A stretch of 62,590 nucleotides of DNA, counting the filler, from Klebsormidium nitens (taxonomy: Eukaryota; Plantae; Klebsormidiophyceae), in assembly GCA_000708835.1 (NCBI GenBank). It is 7 parts of 7 records of this genome, joined end to end, with 100 filler letters (N's around TTAATTAATTAA, not from the genome) between each part and the next. Parts side by side here need not be neighbours in the genome. Positions count along the whole stretch, not along the records: positions 29,838 to 44,300 come from DF238052.1; positions 44,401 to 50,230 come from DF238398.1; 5 more parts are not named here. One strand, written 5' to 3'. Below, one piece after another: positions 32,531 through 45,344 of this stretch (within the stretch, counting starts at the first letter, position 1; each line of letters opens with the position of its first letter). The position numbers and the translations under genes are program-made. The notes below the pieces were generated by a model. That model had not been told where the DNA came from. It worked only from the letters and a program-made list of their open reading frames with translations, and made no database searches.

Positions 32531-35500
32531 AACGCTTGAACCGCGTTCTAGCTGAAATGATGCCGGCACATAAATGCCCGGCGGATGATCCAAGTGAGAA
32601 ATCGTTCGACGATATCATTCGTGAGTTTCGGTGCTCGAGTGATGAAGGTCCTCTTTATGTCTGCAGTGGTTGTCGCCGCATTTGGTTCTCACATTCAGTC
32701 CATAAGCTCAGCGATAGTTTGAGATGCCGTCTTTCTTTCTCTGAGACTTCTGCTTGGCTGTCTGGTCGGCGGTCTCTTGGTAATGAGGAGTGGATTTGTA
32801 CGACATGTAGTCGATATTTGTTAAAAAAGAAATGCCCGCCTAGAGCTCCGTGCCGACAGCCTGACTTTCCGCGGTTGGATCTCGCGCTGGAAGGACTTAG
32901 TGGTATGGAGAATGACCTCATCGCTCTACGTCTCGCTTTTATGAAGATGCGGGGCTTACCGCCATCGGTGGGCGGAGGTCCGAGGAGATTAGGACAACGG
33001 GCGCTGAAAGGGATGGTTATCAATGTTTCGGCTGATTTGAGTAGGATCCAAATCGCTTTGCCTCGTTTCGTGGATTCGGAGGGTACAATTCCTGTAGCAA
33101 TGAAGTACAAGCTTCGTAACAAGGCCTGTTATCGAGCGGCTGAGAACGTGCGTCCCGCAAAGTTGCGTGATGCTTTAGCTTTTTTAGTTTCGCAACCAAC
33201 TTTATGGCGCGAAGCGCATGTGACCATTCGCTCGGATTGGTTAAACGGAACTGGAGCGTTTGCAGCTTCAGATCTGCGTGCGTCTTTGGCTGTCAAAAAT
33301 GGTCTTGGGATTGAAGGTGGGATGCTTCCAGATGCTTCCGTTTCTTCTTCTTCTGATTCAGTCGACGAGTCTGACGATGACGATCGTCTTCCGCCGGAGG
33401 AAACAATGTTGCATGATGTGCCATCGTTCGTAGCTTCTTATACTTTTGGTATCAATGTTGCTCTTGCTGAAGGGCAGATTCCGGTTGGAATGTTGCAAGA
33501 TCCGTATGCGGAGGAGAAAGCTTTTCCTTGTCTCTTTAATGGCTACGCTAGACCGGTTAGCGCGCTGAGTTATAGTCGAATATGCAAGTTTGAGCTCACA
33601 AATGAGGATCGTCGCTTTGCACGCTATCCTAGCAACATTTTCTTTAAATTTCGAAAGTTACAAACCATTTTCGTGGCCGGCAAGTCATGGGTGCGGCTGC
33701 GTAAGAAGAAGTTAACAAATTCAGCGCCTCCTACCGCTGGAGAATTGCGGAAACCCGACTTCAAAACTTCTCTCATGTCACAGAATGTGGGGTTTCGTGA
33801 TTTCAAAACGTTGCGTGGAAGCCCAGAGTACAATCGGCAGGGGAAGAAAGAAGCGTTTGCAACAATACGACAGCTTGGTCCTTTCCAAATATTCGCAACT
33901 TTCAATATGGCAGAAACGCATTGGAGCGCTCTGTTGCAAAACTTACAGTACTTAGCGACTGGAGAATTTATTGCAAAAAATGCTGCTCTAGATTTGCCGT
34001 GGATTGACAAAGTGCGCTTAATTCGAGACGATCCCGTTACAGTGGCGCGCTGCTATTGTAATCGTCGATCTCATCTGCTCCGCGTTATCCGGAAGTATCC
34101 GTCTTTGATTGGGCAAGTTACGGATTTCTTTTGGCGGGATGTGAAACGTTCTTNNNNNNNNNNNNNNNNNNNNNNNNNNNNNNNNNNNNNNNNNNNNNNN
34201 NNNNNNNNNNNNNNNNNNNNNNNNNNNNNNNNNNNNNNNNNNNNNNNNNNNNNNNNNNNNNNNNNNNNNNNNNNNNNNNNNNNNNNNNNNNNNNNNNNNN
34301 NNNNNNNNNNNNNNNNNNNNNNNNNNNNNNNNNNNNNNNNNNNNNNNNNNNNNNNNNNNNNNNNNNNNNNNNNNNNNNNNNNNNNNNNNNNNNNNNNNNN
34401 NNNNNNNNNNNNNNNNNNNNNNNNNNNNNNNNNNNNNNNNNNNNNNNNNNNNNNNNNNNNNNNNNNNNNNNNNNNNNNNNNNNNNNNNNNNNNNNNNNNN
34501 NNNNNNNNNNNNNNNNNNNNNNNNNNNNNNNNNNNNNNNNNNNNNNNNNNNNNNNNNNNNNNNNNNNNNNNNNNNNNNNNNNNNNNNNNNNATCCCCGCG
34601 AGGGGCTCGGAAAGCTAGCGCCGTTACAGGATGAGTTTCAACAACGTGGAACGCCTCATACGCATGCTGCTTTTTACTTGGCAGATGCACCAAGATACGG
34701 AATCGATGATGACTCTGTTGTTGTCGCTTTTATTGATAAGCATGTGACTTGTTCTTCGACTGGAGCGTGCGCGACTGATTTGGCTGCTCAGTACCATCAT
34801 CATCTGTCAGATTACTGCCTAAAACGTCGAACAGCCGAAGGGATGCCCAAGTGTCGCTTCGGATTTCCTAGACCTCCGTTGCATGAGACTATGATTCTGC
34901 GGCCTCTGCCAGAATGCTTGTCGGACTTTCGGAAGCGAGAGTGTTCTCGGATCTATAAGCGAATCGTGGACGGAATAAAGTGGTTGGAGTCTGATGAAGC
35001 TGGTGTTCAAGATTGGACCTGTTTCGAGTTTTATTCTAGGATCTCTCTCTCGCCGGCTGAGTATGTATTAGGTCTGCGTTCACTACTCACCAAGCCGGCA
35101 GTGTTTTTGAAGCGGTCTCCAAAGGAGATTCATATGAACAACTACAACCCTAATCTGTTAAAACTGCTTGGAGGCACGAATATGGATTTTCAATTTGTTC
35201 TTGAAGCATATGCTGCGGCAAATTATATCAGTTCGTATATGATGAAGACGGATTTCAGGCTGAGCAGAATTTTAGAACAACCGTACGCGGACGCACGACG
35301 AGGTAATATGGAGCTACGTCGAGGCATAAGGCACGTCGGAATGGCTCTTTTGAAAGGGCAGGAGGTCTCGGCTCAAGAAGCTGTGTATGGATGTCTGGGA
35401 TTACCGTATAGATATAGTTCTCGGAAGCACATTTTCATTCCTTATGGTGTGCCGGAGAGTCGCACGTTCGCGATCAAGCTTTACGCTGTCTCCCTGAGGA

Positions 35501-38482
35501 TTCTACGGATTACATTTCTTCTAATATCATTGACAAATACGCCATGCGATTACAAAATTCGAGTTTACAAGGCACCGAGCAGATATCTTTAGCTGATTTT
35601 GCTGCTTGGTATGAACCCACGTCTAGCTTTCCGGTTCCAGAGGAGGAAATTAACGACGACCAGGAACCCAGTGTAGAGTGTGAGAAAAGCGTGGAATACG
35701 AGTTACCGGCTAGTGCTCGAACTGCTCGCAGCTGTCGTATATATCGAAGACGACATAAGGCGAAAATCATACATTTTGTGGGTTATAAGAGAGCGCAAGA
35801 TCTAGAGTTGTTTTGTCGTGAGCGAATCCTTTTGTTTCTTCCCTGGTCTTTCGAAGGCGACAGCCTGGCAGTACTTAACGCAGAGGAAGATGGTATTTTG
35901 CTTGCGGGTTATGATAGCTTTGAATCTCGATATGAAGCCGAGAAAGAAACGGTAGAAACGACAGCCGCGAATTACAATTATCAAGCCGGGCTCGATTGGG
36001 ACGAGCTGGAAAAGTACGCTGAAACTCTAGCTGCTGAAGATGCGGAATTATTAGACACGTTTTCTGGCGATTTGCCGCCTGTCAACCCGGGCGCGGAGAG
36101 TACGAGAATTCCGCCGGAATCCGCGTCGCCAGCAGAATCAGCGGTGCCAGCGGAATTCACCGTTTCTCCTGATTTCTCTCCGTCAACAGCGTCGGTTACA
36201 GAAGAGAGGCTGCCAAGCGCGCAGGTTCTGTTGACTGACGAAGATTTCCGTTTTCAAATGCGCGCACACACGTCAGCCCAGCGGGCATATGTCGACCACG
36301 TGGTGCATTGCTTGAAATTTCCGGGGGATCACAAGCTTGTAGAATTTCTCACAGGAAGTGCTGGAACAGGGAAAAGTCTAACGATTCGCTGCATCACTCA
36401 ACTGGTGGCGCGAACTTTCAGTGGTGCTCTAGGTTTGCATTCGTCGTCTCTGAAAGTTTTGCTTTCTGCGTTCACCGGAAGTGCTGGTTTCAACATAGTT
36501 GGAGTTACGATTCACTCCGCGTTCAGGATTCCCTTATATGCAAAACTGGAGACATTTGTGCCCCTTGGTGGTGAACGAAAAGCTATTCTCAGAGATGCTA
36601 TGTGGATTTGCAAGGGGACGTCGTAGATGAAATTTCTATGACGGGTACGAAAATGCTACAAATGATCAATTATAGAATGCAGGAGATCTTCGAATCCTCC
36701 AAAGTCTTTGGGAGTATGCCAACAATTTTTGGGGGAGATCTGTTTCAATTGAAGCCGCTGTGGGACGGGTATTGTTTTGAAGGAATTTGGAAAAAGGGTG
36801 TACTAATAAGCAACATTTGGGAAGAAAACGTTCGTATGTTCGAACTTGTTCAGATCATGCGTCAACAAGGTTGCCTGGAGTTCGCTGAGGCGTTGAGCCG
36901 CTTACGAGTCGGGGAACACACAGCTGCAGACCTCGCGTTATTTGGAACTAGAGTCGTAGACCCGTTAAATCTACCCGTCGAATATTCACCTTTTGACAGG
37001 CACATTTTTGCAACACATAAGAAGAGAGACGCACATAACGCTTTAGTGCTGCGCTTGACCAGAGGGCCCGAATTCACTTTGCGTGCCAGAGATGAGGCCT
37101 TATCATGTGGCGCGTCTTTCCGCGAGCAACAGCATTTTATGACCAAAGCTGAACAGATGCCAGATACGCAAACAGCGACTCTATATACACTTCTCAGTCT
37201 TAAGGTTGGTCTCTTGATTGAAGTCACTTGTAATATTGACATCCCGGACGGCTTATATAACGGGGCGACCGGGTATATTCGTCACTTTCACGATCTGGGC
37301 GGTTCCGATCCACACGCTGTATGGGTAGAGTTCACAGAAAGTCGAATCGGAAAACGTTCTCGAGAGCAATCATCTAATTTGTACCGTCTCTGCCCTTCTG
37401 TGGATCCTATTTGGACACCAATTTTTCGGCTTTCTCGTACGTTTCAGGCAACACAGAGAGTTGAAAGTACCGTGTTACGAACTCAATTTCCGCTTCGCCC
37501 CGCAACTGCGGGGACTTTCCATCACACTCAGGGAATGACCGTGCGTAAGGGGGCTCTGGATTTCAGGGGTGCTTCTAAGAGTCATGTTGATGCGGAGCGC
37601 CATTATGTAGGATTAAGCCGCTTTCCCGATCTGCAAGGACTACTGATCTTGGATCCGGCTTTTGAAGAGATATTGGTAAGTCCAAAGGTAATTACGGAAA
37701 TGGCACGGCTTTGTCAACACGCTTCTGTCATTCCTTGCATCCCGTACGTGCCACTCAGTGACGGAAGTGACCGACAATTGCACCTGATTGTGCACAACGT
37801 GCGTTCTTTCCGTTTGCACGTGCCGGACATCTTTGCTGACGTCAACTTTACCCGCAGTCACATTCTTGTGTGTACAGAAACTCGGACGTTGCCAGCGTGG
37901 CCGCTAACTGCTCTCGTTCAATCAGACTTCAACGTGTTTCGCGCTGAAGCCGATACTTCAACTAGGGATGGATTTGATAACGTTCTGGTTTGCCTTACGA
38001 CTCAGGACAGCTCTTTAAGTGGCACTTTCCATTCTGCTTTCTCTGATTTCAACACGCAGCTGTTGTGCATACACATTCGAGGGCGACCAAACCCGGATCT
38101 TTTTGTAATCTCTGTATATAGATCTCCCTCTGATTTTCTAGTCAGCAGATTTCTCGACAATCTCAGAGTGTTTATCGAGCAAATGGAACAGAGATCTTTA
38201 AAGGCGTCTCCATCCGTCGTATGCGCAGGTGACTTTAACATCAATTTGCTGAAACCTTCACACGAAGCCCAACAACTCGTAGATCTGATGACTTCTTGCG
38301 GAGCATGTTTGCTAAACTCGCTACCGACAACTAACCAAGGTACTTTGCTTGACCACGTTTGGGTATCTGCCGACTTAGCACGTACATGTTCGGCAAGAAA
38401 CTTAGAAGCATATTGGAGCGACCACAGCCCAATTCATGCTACATTCCAGTGGAACGGAGGCGCTCAACAAACTTCAGCGTGA
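32524..38482 (+). mobile_element. Degenerate Helentron RepHel: Zn finger, HUH Rep, PIF1 helicase and APE endonuclease; frameshifts near 35490 and 36610, insertion at 34142-34628
   Basis: CxxC pairs (CSGC, CTTC). Rep motifs FATFNMAETHW, FFWRDEFQQRGTPHTH (after removing the insertion) and YISSYMMK. Helicase motifs LTGSAGTGKS, VVDEISM, GGDLFQL, QFPLRPA and YVGLSR. APE motifs HNVRS, TET, GDFN, LDHVW and SDH. Confidence 0.92.
34142..34628. mobile_element. LTR-type insertion (TG...CA ends, 5-bp TSD), interior hidden by N-gap
   Basis: GGATG|TGAAACG ... CGTTACA|GGATG (TSD at 34137-34141 and 34629-34633). Removing it restores W-R-D-E-F-Q-Q-R-G. Confidence 0.8.
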
Positions 38483-39330
38483 ACTTCTGTGGACATGAGG
38501 TAAGTACATAGATACACGTGCTGAACTTTTTTGTGGAGTTTAGGCTGTCTTTGCGCTCACTTGTACCGCGCCTGCAGACCGTTTGTAGATTTCTAAGGTA
38601 CGCTGATCATTGCATACTCATGTGCTTCCAATTAAGAGCGACAAAACCACGCTCGAGAATAGGATTTCGCGCTTTTGTTCCAATCGAGCTTTTAGTTTCT
38701 GAACTCGATTGGTCGATTTCTGTCACACCTAGTTCGTCATCAGGTAGCAGTCTTTATGACGTGCCCCAGGCCGCGCGCGCGAGAATTACGTAGGTGCGCG
38801 CGCACTGTCTGTGCTCAAGGTCTCTGATTTCCGCATCGTCAGTGGATACAGTGGTACGTGGGGGGTGTATTATATCTTCGACTTCTGCGACCTCAACAAA
38901 CAAACATGCATGGACATTTGCGTAAGCACTGTGATTTCGGCGACTTCTCAGATGTCTGCCAACTTTGCAGCATGCAAACCTTCCGATTGACACGTCGGCA
39001 TCTTAAGAGAAGCTCCTCCTTTCCGTAACTTTTGTGACTCCAATATCTCCTAAGCAAAGAAGCACGACTTCTTCGACGCATGCTGCTCACAGTCAATTAT
39101 CCTAGCTGACCTCTTTATTCTCAAACAGTTCACTCGGCCTTCTCAACCTTCTAGTAGGCACAAGTTCTTTGCTTGCTTCCACTTTCTGCTTCCTACGATT
39201 CCGTGCAAGTAGAGCAATAGCCAAAAAGCTAACAGTGTAGCAAGCAGCCGCGCAGGGTTTAACACGAAGCACGCTGCTCTGTAACTCTCGCTGCTGAGCA
39301 TTGCTTAGAGCACGACCCGCGCCGGCCACA

Positions 39331-42300
39331 ATGGAGGTACCCACAGTAACCGTGAAACAGATTGAAGAATTTCCGGTAGACTCGAGCCTGTTCCAGGTGC
39401 ATGCCAGGGTAGTTGACCTTGACAGCCCCACAGAAAACAACGAGCCTAGAGTCCGCGAGCTTCCGTTCGGGCATCTCTCAACCATGGCTGCAGTCCTTCA
39501 GGATAAGGAAGGAACCAGAATAACGCTGGAAGCCACGAGCAAAGATAAGAGCTTTGTCGAGTATGTCAGCGACAAGTGCGAGAAAGAGAGCACAATTCTG
39601 CTGTACAGGCCGACTGTGGCCTCGTGCAGGTACGCATGCAAGAAGTCTGGGTCTTCTGGGAAGAACCTTCTTTGCTGAGCTTGTGCATGCTTCTTTATTC
39701 CCTCTAATATTTTCCTAGGAACAGCAGTTTGTTGAAGTCGGTGCTCTATTGTGTTGACTCTATAGGCCGCAAAGATGCTTGCTGTATGCGAGACCCTATC
39801 GCCCATCGACTTCAGCGTTTATGCGTGACATAAAAACGCACTCTAGCTTTGGTGCTTAAGAAGTTGCTTGACTGTTTTATAGCAGGCAGCAATTTGAAAC
39901 TTATTGCGACGAACACATACTAATTGCATCTTCTTTTTTCCAAAATTGCGATGAAGGTACTCTCTGACAGATCATCCGACGTCTCTGAAAGTGGTGGAAG
40001 ATCGCACGGTTATTCTGGGCTCGAGCGAGCACATCGATACAGTGTCGGAAACTTCCGTCAGCTTCGGCGCGCTCCAGCCCGGCGGGGTGAGCACTAAGAG
40101 AGATTACCGTTGATGGAGTGGCGCTTATGACTTTCACACTGATACGACCTAATGCACGTAACGCTTTTTGTTTCTGTTTCTGTTTTTCCCAGCTGTCTAC
40201 TAATCCAAGAACCATACTGCTCTCCAATCTTCTGTGCCTTTTTTGAAACTGTTCTGAGACCACGCTTCGTTGTTTCCTTTCGCTTCTTTGTTTCTTAATT
40301 GCCCAAGAACTCCGATGCCCTCTAGTCGTTGCGTTCTTCTTTGAGATGATTCGGAAAGCTTCTCCAATTGAGTAAAGGATTTACGCGTAGCTCCCGAATT
40401 CTGCGTGCGAGTACTGTGCTCCTTAAGACTGTCTTCAGACGACCCCGCTTTCAGCACATCGCGTAACAAAACGCTCGCATACAGAAGAATCATTTTGGAA
40501 ATCGCGTATCATCTGCTTCACAATCAGCGCCGCATCTTTTCCGTCACCTTTGGCTGGCAAGCTGATTATGCACCTTTTCCCCAGAAGAACGTGCGAGTTC
40601 ATATGAAAGGAGCTAAGTAAGATCACTGCTGTGCTCTGAAGAAGTCGACAAGTAGCACTCACGTTCACATGTTTTGGCGTGACGCAGGTGCACAAAGTCG
40701 AAGGCCTGCTAATCTACAAGAGTCGTATCTCAACGCCCACGACAGCCAGGGGCGACCGTGACGTCATGAAAATCGTCATCAAAGACATGAACGGGATCAT
40801 GGGTGGGATTGCGATCTCGGGCGACATGGCGCACCTTCCAGAGCTGAAGAAGCTCAAGGTTCGCGAGGACGTCGTCGTGGTCAGCGGAGTTCAGTATGAT
40901 CAAGATCAGGGCTGCAGCAGTACCAGAAAGTGAGTCTGCTGTCTTCTCCGGCACTCCCATACTTTGCTGATCTTATCAGAATTGATTGTTGATAAGGTGT
41001 TTCTAGTAATAGACCACTTTGTTGATTCTGGCGGACCTCGTGCGACTGAAAACGGTAACAAAGCAACAAAGCAGACTTGACGTTCTCTTCCTACTGCTTT
41101 CGAAGACCGCAAAAAAACTTTGGTGGAACAGACTGGTTTGCTATTTCTCTAATGCTTTCAATGATCTTCAACTCACTCACACGTTGCGTCAAAAATAATT
41201 TGCGGCCTTCCTCACTGTCTTGTCGTAGATGCATTGAGATAATGGAAGAGTCGCAATCTTCGAATGAGCAACTCAATGAATTACAGAAGCCGAGTTAATC
41301 GGGGTGTCACTGACATTAAACCGTTTGCCTTTCTCCACAGCACTACGATTGCTCGAAGCGACGCGAGCGCACCTGCTGTAGCCGGGATAGGGCTGACTTA
41401 CCGGGTGTGCACCGTCGATCGGATCACTCCGTGGGCTCGCGACGTCCAGTCACTCGCGGGAAACAAGTGGACGACCATGACGGCGCTGGCAAGCTTCACC
41501 AACCTCACCAAGATTGACTCCATCGGATATGCAGCTCAGCCAGCCGCAATCCGGTGACGCACGAGATGTTCTGCGACCAAGGCTGCCAACCGGGCCCGCT
41601 GGAAGACGCGTGCATCAAAGTCACGTTAGGGTGGATGCCGGACGTAAGCTTCCATTCCGTGACCCTTACGTTTGTCCGGCTGATTCATAGATATGCAACT
41701 TTTACTGTCGGTCGACTTCTTACGCTTCTTCGCTATAACAGATGCGACGAACTAGACCGCTGAGAAAATTTTCTGAAAGGCGGCAGCTGTACTGCGCGGC
41801 CGCGTGCGCGGCGCTTATCGGCTGCCACGTGGCGTCCTGTATTCCGGCGTTCATGCACACAAGTATTAAAAACATACAGATCCCGCTTTCATTCGCCTTC
41901 TCACGTTTCTCCACTGTATCAGACACAATAAGCTGGATCCTTTGAAGAAAATTCTGAAAGGCGGCAGCTGTACTGCGCGACCGCGTTCGCGGCGCTTACG
42001 GCTGCCACGTGGCAAACTGCATTCCGACCCTCGTTGTCACCCACATAGCTATTTAGGACACATAGCTCTCACCCACGTTCGACTGCTTTCTTGATTCTCC
42101 GCTGTCTCAGATGAAACAAACTAAATCGTTTGAAAAGTTTTTGAAAGATGCTAGCTACACAGCGCGGCCGCGTGTGGCACGCCTGTCGGCTGCCACGTGG
42201 CAGATCACGTCTCGGCGCTCGTTGCTGAGCACACAGCTGTTTAAGAACTCAATGTTTCTTCTTAGACCCAAGCGGCCATCCGATCAGTTACTTCTCCTAT

Positions 42301-42669
42301 TTCATGCACTTCTGTGAAAGCGAGCGTTCTTTTCGATCTATACTTCTAGTTTCAAAGTCGAAAACTCTTCTACGCTTCCTCAGTCAAATTTCTCTTCTTA
42401 CAATTACCGCAGCGGATGTGCTGTCCGTGAAGATCTGGCCGAACGAGTTCGCGCTCGTGACGGGCGCGCATCTGAAGAGCTTCTCTGCCAAGCCCCCGAA
42501 CGAGCAACTGGAGAATCTGAACACCCGACTCAAGAATCGCAGCTTCGCGATGCACCTGCGCATCCGCGAGAACCCGAATACCCAGTACAGTCAGTTTCAG
42601 GCCAACGTGATTGGTCTCGAGCTGCCTCCGGAATTCCGCTTTTTCAACAAAAAATACAAGGCAGAATAA
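39331..42669 (+). pseudogene. Multi-exon RPA70-like OB-fold ssDNA-binding protein gene, probably Helitron cargo, with at least one frameshift (~41555)
   Basis: OB-like segments at 39331-39629, 40688-40928, ~41341-41643 and ~42410-42669. The C-terminus (LSVKIWPNEFALVTG..FAMHLRIRENPNTQYSQFQANV) resembles RPA70 DBD-C. The GC-rich segments have GT/AG borders; the exact exon chain is unresolved. Confidence 0.6.
41761..42215 (+). repeat. Three diverged ~180-188-nt tandem units inside the RPA-like gene intron, each with GCCACGTGGC
   Basis: gaaa..ctgaaaggcggcagctgtactgcgcg(g/a)ccgcg..cggctgccacgtggc at ~41761, ~41941 and ~42130; G-boxes at 41824, 42004 and 42192. Confidence 0.9.
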
Positions 42670-44482
42670 AGCAATCCAACTATAGCAGCCTAGATTGTGA
42701 TTACGTCAGATAAGATTTGTGGACAATTCTGGTATGGGAGGAGAGCAATAAGTGCAAACCTTTCCAAACAGATGCATAGTGTGCGCTCCAGTTTGGAGAA
42801 CACGAGATACTTGGCCTGGTTAAATCCGTAAATTCTATAAGCTAGGGTGTAGAACTATTACTTCAATCTTTGCTATTCACAAAAAATGATTTACTAAAAG
42901 TGATTCATTAGAAAGTGCAGCGTACATAGCGGAGCTCAGAGCACTCGTGTAACATTTGAACTTGTTCTGGAAAAGTGAGCGCAATTTGGCTTCATTTGCA
43001 TTTAGATAATTCTATACCATAATTCAATGCATGGCTCGCACGCACAAGAAACCAGATTATATTGCATCCAGGAGGTGAATGACGCAATTGTGATAAATGC
43101 ACCCGTTACAAGATGTCTGTCGAGCTATCGGCTCCATCATCTCCTTTGCAAAGTCGAATCTGCATGCGCGTAATGTGGCAAGGATTCAAGAGAAGCGAGT
43201 AGGCCCAGAACTGCCGCAAAAGGTGGTCGAGCAACGCCCAGTCCTGTGGGCAGTTTGCGGGACCAATATTCATAAATGTCCCTGCTTTCGTCTCCTATTT
43301 CCACATGACACTCACCCACGAGAGCGTTGACCCAGCAGCTTCTTATACACACTTTTAGCCAATAGCAAGCATCCGCAACTCACACGTACATACGTGGCCG
43401 TCTGAGCAACGACAAGAGCTCGCCTCTTTTGTGAATATTTCACTGATTTCGCACGAATGGTAGATGCTCCATGAGAGTCATATGCTGACTTATCAAGCAT
43501 CCGGAATCATTTTTGCATTAGGTCTTAGCTATTTCAACTTCCAACATACATATCAATTCAGCGTGGAAACTGAGAATGGATGAAATAAGAGCCACAGTGA
43601 ATCTCGTGGTTGCATTCGAACACTGGTTCGTACGAGTAAAACAGTCTCTGAGACGTTTTCGAAATGTTTTTGATCTGCTCTCAAGCTATGGCGATTTTGC
43701 GTACTCGATTATTGCTACTACTGCTGTGATCTGACGGCTTTGAGCTTTCTGGATCCGTAGTTGAACCTCTGCTGACTGTCGGTGTGCAGCCAGATGTGCA
43801 GCTTGACGGCGCTCGATGATGGCGTTGGGCGAGTTTCCGGGCTGAGAGCGTAGCCTATGGAGTAGATCTTCTGCCTGCATAAGATGAACAAAAAAAACTG
43901 AGCGTTTCATACTGTGAACGTTGCTTTCAATCGCGCTATCAGATAAGCCGTACTTCAAAGAATGCCAACGCTCTTCACTTAGTCATCGCCTCCACTGGAT
44001 TAGCTGTGCCTATCCGGGCGCGTCCAACTTCCGTCATGGGCCGCGCTCTAACACTGACTCTTGTTATACAGCAATTCTTTGTCTTCAGCATTCGTAGAGG
44101 ACTCAGGCTTTACTGATTGTTCAGAAACGAAGCTCACTTCACGAGTGACCCAAGTGAACGGCAATGAAGCTGCCTACTATCCGTTAAAGTTGATATGTTA
44201 ACGGCACCAGAAGAAAGAAGATAGAAACAAGCCTGATTGTATCTTATATAAGGAAAGTGTGACGATTCGAATCTATGAATCTTCATATCGAACTCGTCCC
44301 NNNNNNNNNNNNNNNNNNNNNNNNNNNNNNNNNNNNNNNNNNNNTTAATTAATTAANNNNNNNNNNNNNNNNNNNNNNNNNNNNNNNNNNNNNNNNNNNN
44401 AATTGTTTACTTTAGAAGGTTACGTGTCCCTATGCTTCCCTCCTGATCGACTATATGTAGCCAGCTGATGACCCGATTTTGC

Positions 44483-44773
44483 TCAACGTAAGGCAAACCA
44501 GCTGGAGTCTGGGATTATCTTCTCACCAATCAGAATCACTCCGGCCACGACAGCGCCGATGACTAGTAATTCATCGCTCGAAAGCGCAGAACCGTACACA
44601 GGCACGACGTGTACAATAAAGGCCGTGAACGCTCCATAGATAGCATAGCGCGCCAGCACAATGAGGGCGGTCCTAAGATCACAGAGAGTCCGGCCAGAGA
44701 AGTACTCATCTTCCTGGTAGTTTTCTTGCTGGTCCTCGTAGCCCTCGTACTGGGTTGGTTGCGGGACTTCCAT
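44483..44773 (-). CDS. Small two-helix membrane protein, virus-like block
   Basis: Intronless ORF with an acidic N-terminus and two hydrophobic segments, divergent from the DUF5832-like gene across an ~90-bp gap. Confidence 0.6.
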   Translation of the reverse strand: MEVPQPTQYEGYEDQQENYQEDEYFSGRTLCDLRTALIVLARYAIYGAFTAFIVHVVPVYGSALSSDELLVIGAVVAGVILIGEKIIPDSSWFALR

Positions 44774-44860
44774 TAGCACAATGATACTTACTCAAGAGAA
44801 AAAAACCGGGGCCTGGGTGCGGGCAAAGACAGCCCTTTTCTTTCTGAGCAACCTCCAGAC

Positions 44861-45337
44861 ATGGCCGAAGGCAAGCAGTTGTACTTGGACGAAGATCCCA
44901 TTCGAGTTCCCGGCATCAACTATAGCGTCATCAGCTTCCTTACACCAAGGGGCCCGCAAAAGTGTGAGACCTTTGGTGTCAAGGTCCGAGGTTCGTTTGA
45001 TACTTATGACCAGGCCAACGCACATGCCCAGAGGCTGGCAAAGGTGGACCCAGCCTTTGACATCTATGTCGTTGACTGCTACCGCTGGCTCACCGCAGCT
45101 CCTGACCCTAATCTGCTCGACAAGAAGGTGTACAACAATCCCACGTTGAATACACTCATGGAGTCGTATCAGCAAGAGCAAGAACGAGCAAAGCAGCTCT
45201 TTGAGGAGCGCAAGGCCAAGGTGATGGCGGAGGGCCTGGAGGCTGTGGAGGAGACCTTAGAGAGCCCGGACCCTGAGCGTGAGACGAATAATGCCGATGA
45301 AGATAAAGATAAGGCGGATGGCAGCTCTGCCTCTTGA
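44861..45337 (+). CDS. NCLDV-conserved protein (DUF5832-like)
   Basis: LDEDPIRVPGINYSVISFLTP..GVKVRGSFDT..A..HA.RL...DPAFDIYVVDCYRWL..PDP..Y.N..L..LM..Y...Q..A...FEERK matches the family common in phycodna/mimi-like viruses (recognised from memory). Confidence 0.75.
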   Translation: MAEGKQLYLDEDPIRVPGINYSVISFLTPRGPQKCETFGVKVRGSFDTYDQANAHAQRLAKVDPAFDIYVVDCYRWLTAAPDPNLLDKKVYNNPTLNTLMESYQQEQERAKQLFEERKAKVMAEGLEAVEETLESPDPERETNNADEDKDKADGSSAS

Positions 45338-45344
45338 TCTTGAC

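Noticed and set aside
32524-35592. 1022-aa continuous ORF in the ORF track
   Set aside because: It reads through Ns that correspond to an LTR-type insertion, and its last ~35 codons are out of frame with the RepHel continuation.
43081-43960. hAT transposase C-terminal remnant
   Set aside because: The similarity (EYW..K.P) is too short and is not supported by the following residues.
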